Below are positions 39,987-52,200 of a stretch of 64,000 nt of DNA, piece after piece. Both the position numbers and the translations under genes were made by a program. Every line of letters starts with the position of its first letter. Position 1 is the stretch's first letter. Below the pieces are notes generated by a model that made no database searches, was not told the DNA's origin, and saw only the letters and a program-made list of their open reading frames with translations. This DNA comes from Balanoglossus misakiensis (lineage: Eukaryota; Animalia; Hemichordata), in contig CM082592.2 in assembly GCA_040954595.2 (NCBI GenBank), positions 744,001-808,000 on the forward strand, in the 5' to 3' direction.

Positions 39987-41158
39987 CAGTAGCCTTTGAT
40001 TCTGACTTGCTGCTGCTGCTTTCGTCTTCTTTTACGTTTTTTCTTATTTTCTTTGCTTTGGGTCAATGACAACAGTGGTGGCGATTCAGCAGACAATTCA
40101 GAGAAATTTTCTCTTGATGTGTCATAACGCCGGTCATCGCCACCTTCAATATCCGTTACATCACCTTCACTGACACTAGTATCGTTTTGTCTATCGTCTC
40201 TGTTCTCTTTTAAGAACGCTAAAATTGAGCTTTGTGATTTAACGCTCGAGCTCGAGGGCTCAGGTGCTTTGTTTGCCAGACTTTGCGGTTTCTCAACACG
40301 GTCTTCGTCCCCCGTTTCACGCCTGGATGTTCCTTGTAACGGTGTGCTGTCACTTTCTAGTCTCGATACCGCATCTGCAGGATTCGTAGACCTTTTCTGC
40401 ATTGTGTATTTGGTGGACTGAGACGTTAATTCTTCGTGTACCTGAGAAGTCATACAATTTCTTGCAATATGCCCCTCTCTTTTACAGAGTCTGCATTTGA
40501 TTTGTCCAGTGCAATTGTACGCAGTATGTCCCTCCTCTAAGCATTTGCCGCATCGTGGCTGCGTCTCCGCTGTGGATTGTTTATAAATAATCTTCGCGTA
40601 AAATGCACCGATCTTAACCTGAGCTGGTAATGGTGTCTTTGGTTTTTCGATGAACACAGTTCGATCCCCATTAAGAATGTTTGTCAACTTGCCGTCTAAC
40701 CTCCATTTCTGTCTGGATATATCTGTTTTGAGCTTACAGCCCAAACCAGTAAGTGTAGCGGCAATAGCATCATCATCGTGTGACAATGGTAGATCTTTTA
40801 TCGTTAAACTTAACCAATCTTCATGAAACTCTCTTCGGAAGGGATTTCGCCCCCACAGCTCTATCGACTTCCCGCGTAGTGTGAGTCCATGTTGTAACAA
40901 AATTGTCCGGTCTGCTTCGTCATTCATATAAATACGCGACAGACCTCTTATCCGTTGCAACCCTTCCAAGCTGCCGATGGTGACAACTTCTGAAACGGCT
41001 GCTATAATTTCCTCACCTCTTAGCCATTGATTACTGTCCCTGGGAACTATGTCCGACTGCTTCAGAAAGACGGGTAGAACTCCTACTTCACCGTCTTTGT
41101 CTTGCAGGCGTTTGGTCGTCACCACCTGCGCATAACTGGCTTTGTCTCTGACGGCCAT
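39986..41158 (-). CDS. ORF1p, nucleic-acid-binding protein with two CCHC zinc knuckles (390 aa, intact)
   Basis: Knuckles CGKCLEEGHTAYNC and CRLCKREGHIARNC; basic tail KKKRKRRRK; homologous to element B ORF1 (GLQRIRGL, KWRLDGKLTNILNGDR). Confidence 0.92.
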   Translation of the reverse strand: MAVRDKASYAQVVTTKRLQDKDGEVGVLPVFLKQSDIVPRDSNQWLRGEEIIAAVSEVVTIGSLEGLQRIRGLSRIYMNDEADRTILLQHGLTLRGKSIELWGRNPFRREFHEDWLSLTIKDLPLSHDDDAIAATLTGLGCKLKTDISRQKWRLDGKLTNILNGDRTVFIEKPKTPLPAQVKIGAFYAKIIYKQSTAETQPRCGKCLEEGHTAYNCTGQIKCRLCKREGHIARNCMTSQVHEELTSQSTKYTMQKRSTNPADAVSRLESDSTPLQGTSRRETGDEDRVEKPQSLANKAPEPSSSSVKSQSSILAFLKENRDDRQNDTSVSEGDVTDIEGGDDRRYDTSRENFSELSAESPPLLSLTQSKENKKKRKRRRKQQQQVRIKGY

Positions 41159-41368
41159 GCTTGCTCGAGACCACGAAAACTAGCAAAATGTCTTTCTTCT
41201 GAGAATCAAAATGCTTCTTTGCTCTCGAGTTAGCTGCAAGTATCTATCCAAAAGCATATACCTTCAGTTTCGCCACAAAATTCACCGATTTCACGTGAAA
41301 AAACGATGAAAACTCTGAGCGTGCTAGAAATCTGCTTCCGTAGATGGCTGACTCTAGCGCCCTCCATC

Positions 41369-44171
41369 CAGACTGGCGTAAGTTATCAACGGTGATTACG
41401 TCGGATTTCCTACGGCCTACGCCCTGGTTTAGCTGAAGCCCCGGCACTTTAGAGCGGAAACACGCGTACATTGACCACGATGATCAAGTCAGATCTCCTA
41501 CGGCCTGGCTCGACTAAAACCCCGGCACACCATGACAGACACTAGCGTTCGTTAGCAACGGTGATCAAGTCGGATTTCCTTCGGCCTGGCTCTGCAAAAG
41601 ACCCGACACTCTAGTACAAAGACGTTGGCTAAGTCGGGCAAACCGAAGAGGGGAAGTCACAGCGGGTCAACACTCGACATTTGTTCGGGTAGGACTGCAT
41701 TATTGCCTGTCAATTTATAGAGAAAGCCCGAATTTAACCAGGGCGTTTCAAACACCGACGTTAGTTGGGGGGGGGGGGGGGGGGGCACGGCCTGCAGTAC
41801 TGCCGGGTAAGCTGACATCGGCGTACCGCATATAATGTAGGGGGGGGGGGGAACAGAACGGTTCAATACTACATTTATTAGATATCAGCTAATTTTGGAC
41901 AATCATCTAAAATCTAAATCATTTTTTCATATTTGGATATCTGATGATGTATGAAATTTCTATTATATGTAAAGATGGTGCTGATTATAAAAAATGCACT
42001 CTGAATGAGCTGATTTAATACAAAATTGCGTTTTATTCGTTTTTGCACCAAAAAGGTCATTTTTAGGCAAAACATTCTTTATTTTTTTTAATTCGGTGAC
42101 CTGATCATATACAAACAATTGCTTGTATGTTAAAAGTTTTTATGACTTTTAAAAGCAGTGACACTGGCGGCATTCAACACGAAAATAACAATTTTAACCA
42201 CAATTTGGTCAAAATGGTAAATTTTTGAAAATTACAAAAAATACCTGTTTTCTACATTTTTGGAAATCTGATGGAGTATAGAATCCTCTTCGTATATATA
42301 TATCGATACAAATTCCACAAAAAAACGGCCAATTTGGCTCACCGCAGACAATTTTTTTTAATTCGGTGACCTGATCATATATAAACAATTGCTTGTATGT
42401 TAAAAGTTTTTATGACTTTTAAAAGCAGTGACACTGGCGGCATTCAACACGAAAATAACAATTTTAGCCACAATTTGGTCAAAATTGTAAATTTTTGAAA
42501 ATTACAAAAAATACCTGTTTTCTACATTTTCGGAAATCTGATGGAGTATAGAATGCTCTTCGTATGTATATATCGATACAAATTCCACAAAATACAGTCT
42601 AATTTGGCTCACTGCAGACAAAATTGCGTTTTACCAAATTTTCCTTGAAAATGTCATTTTTAGAAAAAAATAAAAAACCTTTGTTCTTCGAATTTGGTGC
42701 CCTGATCATATATGACATGTTGATTGTATGTTAAAACTTTCGACCTCTCCAAAAATGCAGAGATATTGACGGAATTCAAGAAAAAATAGCCATTTTGGCC
42801 ATATTTTGACAAAAATGGTAATTTTTTAAAAAATCATAAAAAATTAACTCTTTTCTTCATTTTCGGAAATATTATGGAGCATGAAGTGTCGTTCTCTTGT
42901 AAAAAGTGCTGCAAATTGCAGAAAAGGTGGTATAATTTGAATCACCCAAGACAAAATTACCATTTTCGACTTTTTTTCGAAAAATTGTCTTTTTTACAAA
43001 ATAAATAAGAATAAATTCTTTTCTTAGTTTCAAACGGGTAGAGATACTTTCCACACGGGTTTTCTAACATTGAATTCCCGTTCATCAACTCAGATTTCCT
43101 ACAGCATAAGTCGGCTAAAACCCAGACACTCTAGAGCAGAAACAGTTGCACACTGGTAACGTTGAACAAGTCGATTTTTCTACGGCCTGGCTCGGCTAAA
43201 TCTCCGTCACAATATGACAGACACTAGCGTACGTTAGCAACGGTGATCAAGTCAGATTTCCTACGGCCTGGTTTAGCTGAAGCCCCGGCACTTTAGAGCG
43301 GAAACACGCGTACATTGACCACGATGATCAAGTCAGATCTCCTACGGCCTGGCTCGACTAAAACCCCGGCACACCATGACAGACACTAGCGTTTGTTAGC
43401 AACGTTGATCAAGTCAGATTTCCTACGGCATGGCTTGGCTAAAGCCCTGGCACTCTAGAGCAGAAACACGCCTACAGAGACCACGTTGATCTACTCACAT
43501 TTCCTTCGGCCTGGCACGGCTGATGCCCCGGCACTATATATAGGACACAGACTGGCGTAAGTTAACAACGGTAATCACGTTGGGTTTCCTACGGCCTGGC
43601 TCAACTGAAGCCCCGGCACTCTAGAGCAGAAACAGGCGTATATTGACCACGTTGATCAAGTCAGATTTCCTACGGCGTGACTCGGCTGGTGCACCGGCTC
43701 TATATGAGACAGACTGGCGTAAGTTATCAACGGTGATTACGTCGGATTTCCTACGGCCTGGTTTAGCTGAAGCCCCGGCACTTTAGAGCGGAAACACGCG
43801 TACATTGACCACGATGATCAAGTCAGATCTCCTACGGCCTGGCTCGACTAAAACCCCGGCACACCATGACAGACACTAGCGTTCGTTAGCAACGGTGATC
43901 AAGTTGGATTTCCTTCGGCCTGGCTCTGCAAAAGACCCGACACTCTAGTACAAAGACGTTGGCTAAGTCGGGCAAACCGAAGAGGGAAAGTCACAGCTGG
44001 TCAATACTCGACATTTGTTCGGGTAGGACTGCATTATTGCCTGTCAATTTATTGAGAAAGCCCGAATTTAACCCGGGCGTTTCAAACACCGACGTTAGTT
44101 GGGGGCACGGCCTGCAGTACTGCCGGGTAAGCTGACATCGGCGTACCGCATATAATGTAGGGGGGGGGGGG
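41369..44171. repeat. Macrosatellite segment between the two Tx1-like elements
   Basis: The satellite resumes in register after the TSD. G-tracts are at ~41840 and 44160. Confidence 0.97.
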
Positions 44172-45241
44172 TAAAACCGGTTTTTCTGAGGCACAACGAA
44201 TTCAGCAGAAACAATCCTGACGCTGCACAGATATCCGGACCAGAGCTGGTAAGCGCCATGGCAGACGCGATCGACCCGAACGGAATTACTGGAATACAGC
44301 GTATTCGAGGGCTATGGCGATTATATGTAAAAGACAATGCGGACAGAATTATACTTCTGACAGGTGGTATAAATATGCGTGGCAGAAATGTTACACTCCA
44401 CGATGAAAATCCATTCCTCACTTCGAAGAGGGACACGACAGACCGGATCATCGTGAGAAACTTGCCACTGTCAGCAGATGATTCCGTAATACGGCAGAAA
44501 TTTGACGTCCTTGGTATGAAAATTAAAGCGATAACAAGAGCCAAATGGAGAATTGATGGGAAGCTGTCGAATATCGACAACGGAGACCGCTTTGTGTTCG
44601 TCGAGAAGTTGAAACAACCTATACCAACAGATTGGCAGGTGAGAATGGGCACCTTTCTGGTAAACCTGCTGTACAGAGAACCTAGACCATCGAGTGAGGC
44701 GGACGCTAATGCAGAACCTTACTGCTACAACTGTCTGCAACGAGGACACAGAAGACACGAGTGCCACAACGCCGTTGCGTGCACATTGTGTAAGGTGAGC
44801 GGACATATTAGGGCGCAGTGTCCATCACGCACAGACACTAGTCGTTATGTGACCAGACTCCAGAGAGTTGAAACGACCGATACACACGACAGAGATGGAG
44901 CCAAAGAAGGAGAGAAGACATCACCAAGTCTGCATGCCGCAGATGAGAAGAAAACCGCCGCTGGGGAAAGTGTGACCAGAAAAGAGCAGTCCACTCAACC
45001 AAAAATCACAGCCTTCGTTGCCGGACTACAAATGACTAGCAAGACACCGACAGATGTCAAACGTAAACACATCAGCACGTCCACAGAGCTATCGACCTCC
45101 ACTATGCTATCGGAAGAAGAGGTATTGGAGTCGGAAAATGAAAGACCCGCGACTTCAGAGCTCGTTAAAGACACTCGTGGCGATTCCCGAAGAACACGAA
45201 GAGAAGATAAAAAGAGGAAGAAGGCAAAACGTAAACGATAA
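44171..45241 (+). CDS. ORF1p with two CCHC zinc knuckles, N-terminus truncated (first internal ATG at 44258)
   Basis: The frame is open from the junction (VKPVFLRHNEF, homologous to VLPVFLKQSDI in element A). Knuckles CYNCLQRGHRRHEC and CTLCKVSGHIRAQC; basic tail KKRKKAKRKR. Confidence 0.88.
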   Translation, partial: VKPVFLRHNEFSRNNPDAAQISGPELVSAMADAIDPNGITGIQRIRGLWRLYVKDNADRIILLTGGINMRGRNVTLHDENPFLTSKRDTTDRIIVRNLPLSADDSVIRQKFDVLGMKIKAITRAKWRIDGKLSNIDNGDRFVFVEKLKQPIPTDWQVRMGTFLVNLLYREPRPSSEADANAEPYCYNCLQRGHRRHECHNAVACTLCKVSGHIRAQCPSRTDTSRYVTRLQRVETTDTHDRDGAKEGEKTSPSLHAADEKKTAAGESVTRKEQSTQPKITAFVAGLQMTSKTPTDVKRKHISTSTELSTSTMLSEEEVLESENERPATSELVKDTRGDSRRTRREDKKRKKAKRKR

Positions 45242-48200
45242 GTAGTAAGATATAGAAGATATAGGGCTTCTTTGCCACCTTTGAACTCAAATAACATACA
45301 TTTGTTATCTCTAAACTGTCGGGGTTTAAGAGGTGATGAGAAAAGACGACAAATATTTCAGTGGTGTAGAGACCAAAAACCACATGTATTATTGCTACAA
45401 GAAACTTACTGGGACGAACAAATTCAAGATCAAATTTGCAGAGAGTGGAAAGGGAAAATGTTCCATTCTTTTGGTACTAACCACAGTAAAGGGGTTACGA
45501 TTTTTGTCGATGAAAAATTGGATCATGAGATAAAGTATTCAAAAAGAGACCAGTATGGGAGAAAATTACTTGTATCTTTAGATATCAATGGTGAAACATT
45601 TACTATAGTTAATATTTACGCACCAAATCAACCCAAAGAAAGGGAGCTTTTCTTAATGTCTTTGAAATGTTGGATTCAAAAACATACGAATGGGGATGAC
45701 TACGTGTTCATTGGGGGTGATTTCAACACCGTTTCAGATGCGAAGGTTGATTCATTTGGAACGAAGTGTCATTCTGTTAAATCTAAGAAACTGGGCGGGA
45801 TTTTGAAATCTTTTAAATTGTGTGATGTATGGCGAGAAATGAACCCTGCTAAACTACAGTTCACCTGGAGACAAGTTAACCGTGGAATTGCGAGTAGACT
45901 TGACTTTTGGTTAATTCCCCATGACCTTCTTTCTAGTGTTAACTCTGCCGATATTCGGCCGACTATTAGAACAGACCATAATGCCATTTCCTTAAAGATT
46001 AGCCCTTAAAAAAAATATTGTAAAGGCCCGGGATATTGGAAGCTCAATACGAGTCTACTCAAGGATGACAACTATAGAATAATAATAAACAACGTCATAA
46101 CACAAGCCATAACAAATTATCAAAAACTTTATGATTATAGAAGTTTATTAGATCTAATTAAGGTGAAAGTTAGAGAAGCAAGTATTAAATATGGAAGGGA
46201 AAAGGAAAAATATAAAAAAAAGAGACAAGCAATAATTCAAGAACAGCTAAAAGAAATTGAAGATAAATTACTTAGAGATAACAGGGGAAAGGAAGACCTA
46301 ATAAACATTTATGAAGAAAAAAAGAGGGAACTAACTCAGCTATATGTAAATAAACTACGTGGGATTCAAATTAGATCCAGAGTGAAGTGGTACGAAGAAG
46401 GAGAAAGAAACAGTCGTTATTTCCTGGGACTAGAAAAGAAAAGATCTAGAGCAAAACATATAAACAGGTTGATGGTTAATGATAAGGTTATTACAAAGAC
46501 AGATGAGATATTAGCAGAAGAAAAGGCTTTTTATGAAGATCTTTATAAATCCAAGAGTGTTAATAACAGTAAAGTTAAAAAATACATAAATGACATTAAA
46601 ATAGAGTCTAAGATCAAAGCAAGTAAGGCATTATTGTGTGATGGTAAAGTTTCTGAGGAGGAATGTCTAAAAGCCATGCGCAGAATGAAAAGCAACAAAA
46701 CACCAGGACCAGATGGCATTCCTATAGAATTTTACAGAGTGTTTTGGAAAAATATAGGTAAGATAGCAGTAGACGCATTTAATGAAGGTTATGATAAAGG
46801 TACGCTAGCCAATTCTCAGTGTAATGGTATCATAACGTTAATACATAAAAAGGAGTGTAGGCTTAATCTAAAAAATTGGAGGCCCATATCGCTGCTCAAT
46901 CATGATTACAAAATATTATCATGCGTGTTAGCTAATAGACTAAATCAGGTTATACCCAAGTTGATTAGTACTGACCAAGTGGGTTATATGAAAGGACGTT
47001 TTAGTGGCCAAAACGTTCGGCTTATTCAGGATATTATCGACTTCTCGGAGAAACGTAACAAGGGGGGAGCAATTTTGTTCCTTGACTTTTGTAAGGCTTT
47101 TGATACTGTCGAACACAATTTTATGTTCTTAGCTCTGGAAAAATTTGGATTAGGTCATTCTTTTATAACATGGATTAAAACTATCTATTCCAAGTGTAAT
47201 AGTTCCATCATAAATAATGGTTGGATAACGCCACTTTTTAATCTACAAAGGGGCATTCGACAGGGATGTCCCCTGTCTGCGATTTTATTTTTAATAGTAG
47301 CAGAAATTCTTGCAACTGTAATTAGAAATGATGACGAAATAGAGGGTTTCAAAGTCAATAATTATAAAGTTAAGATCACACAATTAGCTGATTATATGCA
47401 GGTATACATAAGCAAAGAAAAATCTCTCATGCGTTTACTTAACTTGATTGATGAGTATGGGAAGTATTCTGGTTTGAAACTAAATAGAGACAAGACGGAA
47501 GGCTTAAAACTAGGAGGCTGGAAAGCTAAGAACAACCTTGGCTTGATTTCATGGCCTGATAAACCAATTAAAGTATTGGGTGTTTATTTTGGATATGCAC
47601 GTTTTGAAGAGGAAGTAAGGAAGTTAAATTGGGATACTAAGATTGACAGAATTGAAATACTCTTAGATTCATGGAAGAAAAGATATTTGTCAATTTTTGG
47701 AAAAATCACAATTATTAAATGTTTAGCCATGTCGAAAATAACATATTTGGCATCGATGATTGACATTCCTGATGCCGTGATAAATAGATTAAGTAGTTTG
47801 TTCTATGATTTTTTATGGAGTGGGAAAAAAGGGAAGATTTAGAGGGAAATCATTATAAATAAATATGAAAAGGGAGGGGTACAAATGATTGATATCAGGT
47901 CAATGGTGAAGGCACTGAAATGCAGATGGGTGGAACGGCTCATGAAAGCTAATTGTGATACGTGGAAAGCAGTGATTGATTTTTATTTCAAAGATTTCGG
48001 AGGGATCAAAAATATCTTCTCTTATAATTTAGACAAAAGAGGTTTAACTTTCATTACGAGAAACATGCCAAACTTTTACAGAAATGTTCTATTTAGCTGG
48101 TACGATATTGTCATGAATAACAACAAGGTTAAAATGTCTCCGAACAATATTGGAGAGGAAGTAATTTCGGGAAATCAACATATAACATGTAATAATAGAG

Positions 48201-49220
48201 TCTTGTTTTTTACTGAATGGATTGACTGCAACATAATGTATGTTTCAGATTTGTTTCAAAAAGGTGTTTTCATGAAACGGGGCTATTTATTAGAAAAATT
48301 AAAAAAACAAAAGAAATTGGATAACACAGTATCTAATACTGAAAAAAGTCATACCAAACGAATGGAAGAGAAGAATGATGTCTGCTAAGAGCTTTCTGTG
48401 TGTAAATCGAGATATAAAGACAATAATGAAAAAAGATCACACAGGGAAATACAAAAATATACATGATTTTTCATGCAAAGATTTTTATTGGAACATTGTG
48501 AACAGAAAGGCGTTGAAGTCATATGCGCCGACATTTTGGGCAAATAGTTGTGATACAGAACACATAAACTGGGCGTTAATCATGAAAATTAAAATAAAAG
48601 ACATGGGTGTTAAAAAAATTGCCCAATTTAATTATTTTTTACTTTACAACAAAATCCCACACGGTTTAAATCTGTGGAAATGGAAGAAAGCAGACAATCC
48701 GAATTGTGAAATATGTAAATGTACGGATGACTGCATGCATTTTCTTTTTGATTGCTCTGTTGTGAAACATTTTTGGAAAAGACTGAACGTTCTTATTAAT
48801 ACTGTGTACAATATTAACATAAAGCTAATTTGGAAGCATATTGTATTTGGGTACATGATGGAATGTGACAAGCTTGAATCACTAAATATGATCATAATGG
48901 TGGCAACTTTTTGTGTATACAAAGCAAGAATTATTAACGAAAATCACATACGCCGATTATTAATAGAAGAGTTAACGTACTCTCAACAGATAAAAAAGGA
49001 TGGAAAAATCCATGAGTGTCCAAGTCTTCTTTGAGATGTAAAATTATTATAGAGTTCACCATAACTATATGTATTTGAAATATTGATAATGAACAGAAAC
49101 ATTGTAAAGTTGGATCTTGCCTTTATCAGACGCATGTGTAAAAATGTATGTTAATTGAGTGGGATGTAAAAATGTACGTTAATTTGAGTTGAATAAACAT
49201 TACTTTAAAGAAAAAAAAAA
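44172..49220 (+). mobile_element. Tx1/L1-group non-LTR retrotransposon B, 5'-truncated within ORF1
   Basis: TSD TAATGTA(G)11-12 (44153-44171, 49221-49238); AATAAA at 49192; A10 tail at 49211-49220. Confidence 0.95.
45263..49034 (+). pseudogene. ORF2: APE endonuclease, reverse transcriptase and zinc finger, disrupted
   Basis: Motifs SLNCRG, LQET, YAPN, GDFN, SRLD, TDH, KTPGPDG, NWRPISLLN, DFCKAFD, GIRQGCPLS and CEIC..H..C. The catalytic motif reads LADY. In-frame stops at 46007 and 47840, frameshift in the A-run at ~48301-48311, and no ATG at the start. Confidence 0.93.
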
Positions 49221-52200
49221 TAATGTAGGGGGGGGGGGAACAGAACGGTTCAATACTACATTTATTAGATATCAGCTAATTTTCGACAATCATCTAAAAT
49301 CTAAATCATTTTTTCATATTTGGATATCTGATGATGTATGAAATTTCCATTATATGTAAAAATGGTGCTGATTATAAAAAATGCACTCTGATTTAATACA
49401 AAATTGCGTTTTATTCGTTTTTGCACCAAAAAGGTCATTTTTAGGCAAAACATTCTTTATTTTTTTAATTCGGTGACCTGATCATATATAAACAATTGCT
49501 TGTATGTTAAAAGTTTTTATGACTTTTAAAAGCAGTGACACTGGCGGCATTCAACACGAAAATAACAATTTTAGCCACAATTTGGTCAAAATGGTAAATT
49601 TTTGAAAATTACAAAAATACCTGTTTTCTACATTTTCGGAAATCTGATGGAGTATAGAATGCTCTTCGTATGTATATATCGATACAAATTCCACAAAAAA
49701 CGGCCAATTTGGCTCACTGCAGACAAAATTGCGTTTTACCAAATTTTCCTTGAAAATGTCATTTTTTGAAAAAAAAAATAAAAAAACCTTTGTTCTTCGA
49801 ATTTGGTGCCCTGATCATATATGACATGTTGATTGTATGTTAAAACTTTCGACCACACCAAAAATGCAGAGATATTGACGGAATTCAAGAAAAAATAGCC
49901 ATTTTGGCCATATTTTGACAAAATGGTACATTTTTAAAAAATCTTAAAAAATAAACTCTTTTCTTCATTTTCGGAAATATTATGGAGCATGAAGTGTCGT
50001 TCTCTTGTAAAAAGTGCTGCAAATTCCAGAAAAGGCGGTATAATTTGAATCACCCAAGACAAAATTACCATTTTCGACTTTTTTTCGAAAAATTGTCTTT
50101 TTTACAAAATAAATAAGAATAAATTCTTTTCTTAGTTTCAAACGGGTAGAGATACTTTCCACACGGGTTTTCTAACATTGAATTCCCGTTCATCAACTCA
50201 GATTTCCTACGGCATGGCTTGGATAAAGCCCCGGCACTCTAGAGCAGAAACACGCGTACCAGGACCACGTTGATCAAGTCTGATCTCCTACGGCTTGGCT
50301 CGACTAAAACCCCGGCACACTATGACAGACACTAGCGTTCGTTAGCAACGTTGATCAAGTCAGATTTCCTACGGCATGGCTTGGCTAAAGCCCTGGCACT
50401 CTAGAGCAGAAACACGCGTACAGAGACCACGTTGATCTACTCACATTTCCTTCGGCCTGGCACGGCTGATGCCCCGGCACTATATATAGGACACAGACTG
50501 GCGTAAGTTAACAACGGTAATCACGTCGGGTTTCCTACGGCCTGGCTCAGCTGAAGCCCCGGCACTCAAGAGCAGAAACAGGCGTACATTGACCACGTTG
50601 ATCAAGTCAGATTTCCTACAGCGTGACTCGGCTGGTGCACCGGCTCTATATGACACAGACTGGCGTAAGTTATCAACGGTGATTACGTCGGATTTCCTAC
50701 GGCATGGTTTAGCTGAAGCCCCGCCCTTTAGAGCGGAAACACGCGTACATTGACCACGATGATCAAGTCAGATCTCCTACGGCCTGGCTCGACTAAAACC
50801 CCGGCACACTATGACAGACACTAGCGTTCGTTAGCAACGGTGATCAAGTCGGATTTCCTTCGGCCTGGCTCTGCAAAAGACCCGACACTCTAGTACAAAG
50901 ACGTTGGCTAAGTCGGGCAAACCGAAGAGGGAAAGTCACAGCGGGTCAACACTCGACATTTGTTCGGGTAGGAATGCATTATTGCCTGTCAATTTATAGA
51001 GGAAGCCCGAATTTAACCAGGGCGTTTCCAACACCGATGTTAGTTGGGGGCACGGCCTGCAGTACTGCCGGGTAAGCTGACATGGGCGTACCGCATATAA
51101 TGTAACGGGGGGGGGGGGACGGAACGGTTCAATACTACATTTATTAGATATCAGCTAATTTTGGACAATCATCTAAAATCTAAATCATTTTTTCATATTT
51201 GGATATCTGATGATGTAGGAAATTTCCATTATATGTAAAAATGGTGCTGATTATAAAAAATGCACTCTGAATGAGCTGATTTAATACAAAATTGCGTTTT
51301 ATTCGTTTTTGCACCAAAAAGGTCATTTTTAGGCAAAACATTCTTTATTTTTTTAATTCGGTGACCTGATCATATATAAACAATTGCTTGTATGTTAAAA
51401 GTTTTTATGACTTTTAAAAGCAGTGACACTGGCGGCATTCAACACGAAAATAACAATTTTAGCCACAATTTGGTCAAAATGGTAAATTTTTGAAAATTAT
51501 AAAAAATACCTGTTTTCTACATTTTCGGAAATCTGATGGAGTATAGAATGCTCTTCGTATGTATATATCGATACAAATTCCACAAAAGACCGTCTAATTT
51601 GGCTCACTGCAGACAAAATTGCGTTTTACCAAATTTTCCTTGAAAATGTCATTTTTAGAAAAACAAATAAAAAAACCTTTGTTCTTTGAATTTGGTGCCC
51701 TGATCATATATGACATGTTGATTGTATGTTAAAACTTTCGACCACTCCAAAAATGCAGAGATATTGACGGAATTCAAGAAAAAATAGCCATTTTGGCCAT
51801 ATTTTGACAAAAATGGTAAATTTTTAAAAAATCATAAAAAATTAACTCTTTTCTTCATTTTCGGAAATATTATGGAGCATGAAGTGTCGTTCTCTTGTAA
51901 AAAGTGCTGTAAATTCCAGAAAAGGCGGTATAATTTGAATCACCCAAGACAAAATTACCATTTTCGACTTTTTTTCGAAAAATTGTCTTTTTTACAAAAT
52001 AAATAAGAATAAATTCTTTTCTTAGTTTCAAACGGGTAGAGATACTTTCCACACGGGTTTCCTAACATTGACTTCCCGTTCATCAACTCAGATTTCCTAC
52101 AGCATAAGTCGGCTAAAACCCTGACACTCTAGAGCAGAAACAGTTGCACACTGAAAACGTTGAACGAGTCGATTTTTCTACGGCCTGGCTCGGCTAAATC

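Larger units (their letters stand above)
36351..41368 (-). mobile_element. Tx1/L1-group non-LTR retrotransposon A, apparently full length (~5.0 kb)
   Basis: 12-bp TSD CAGACTGGCGTA (36339-36350, 41369-41380); A10 tail; AATAAA (36369-36374, minus); 210-bp 5' UTR; ORF1 and ORF2. Confidence 0.95.

Noticed and set aside
41330-41368. YY1/ETS/CTCF-like words at the 5' end of element A
   Set aside because: An internal promoter is plausible here, but the matches are short and partial and cannot be supported from one copy.
36306-48922. Antisense and nested ORFs within the two LINEs
   Set aside because: They are shadow frames of ORF1/ORF2 and some cross element-satellite junctions.
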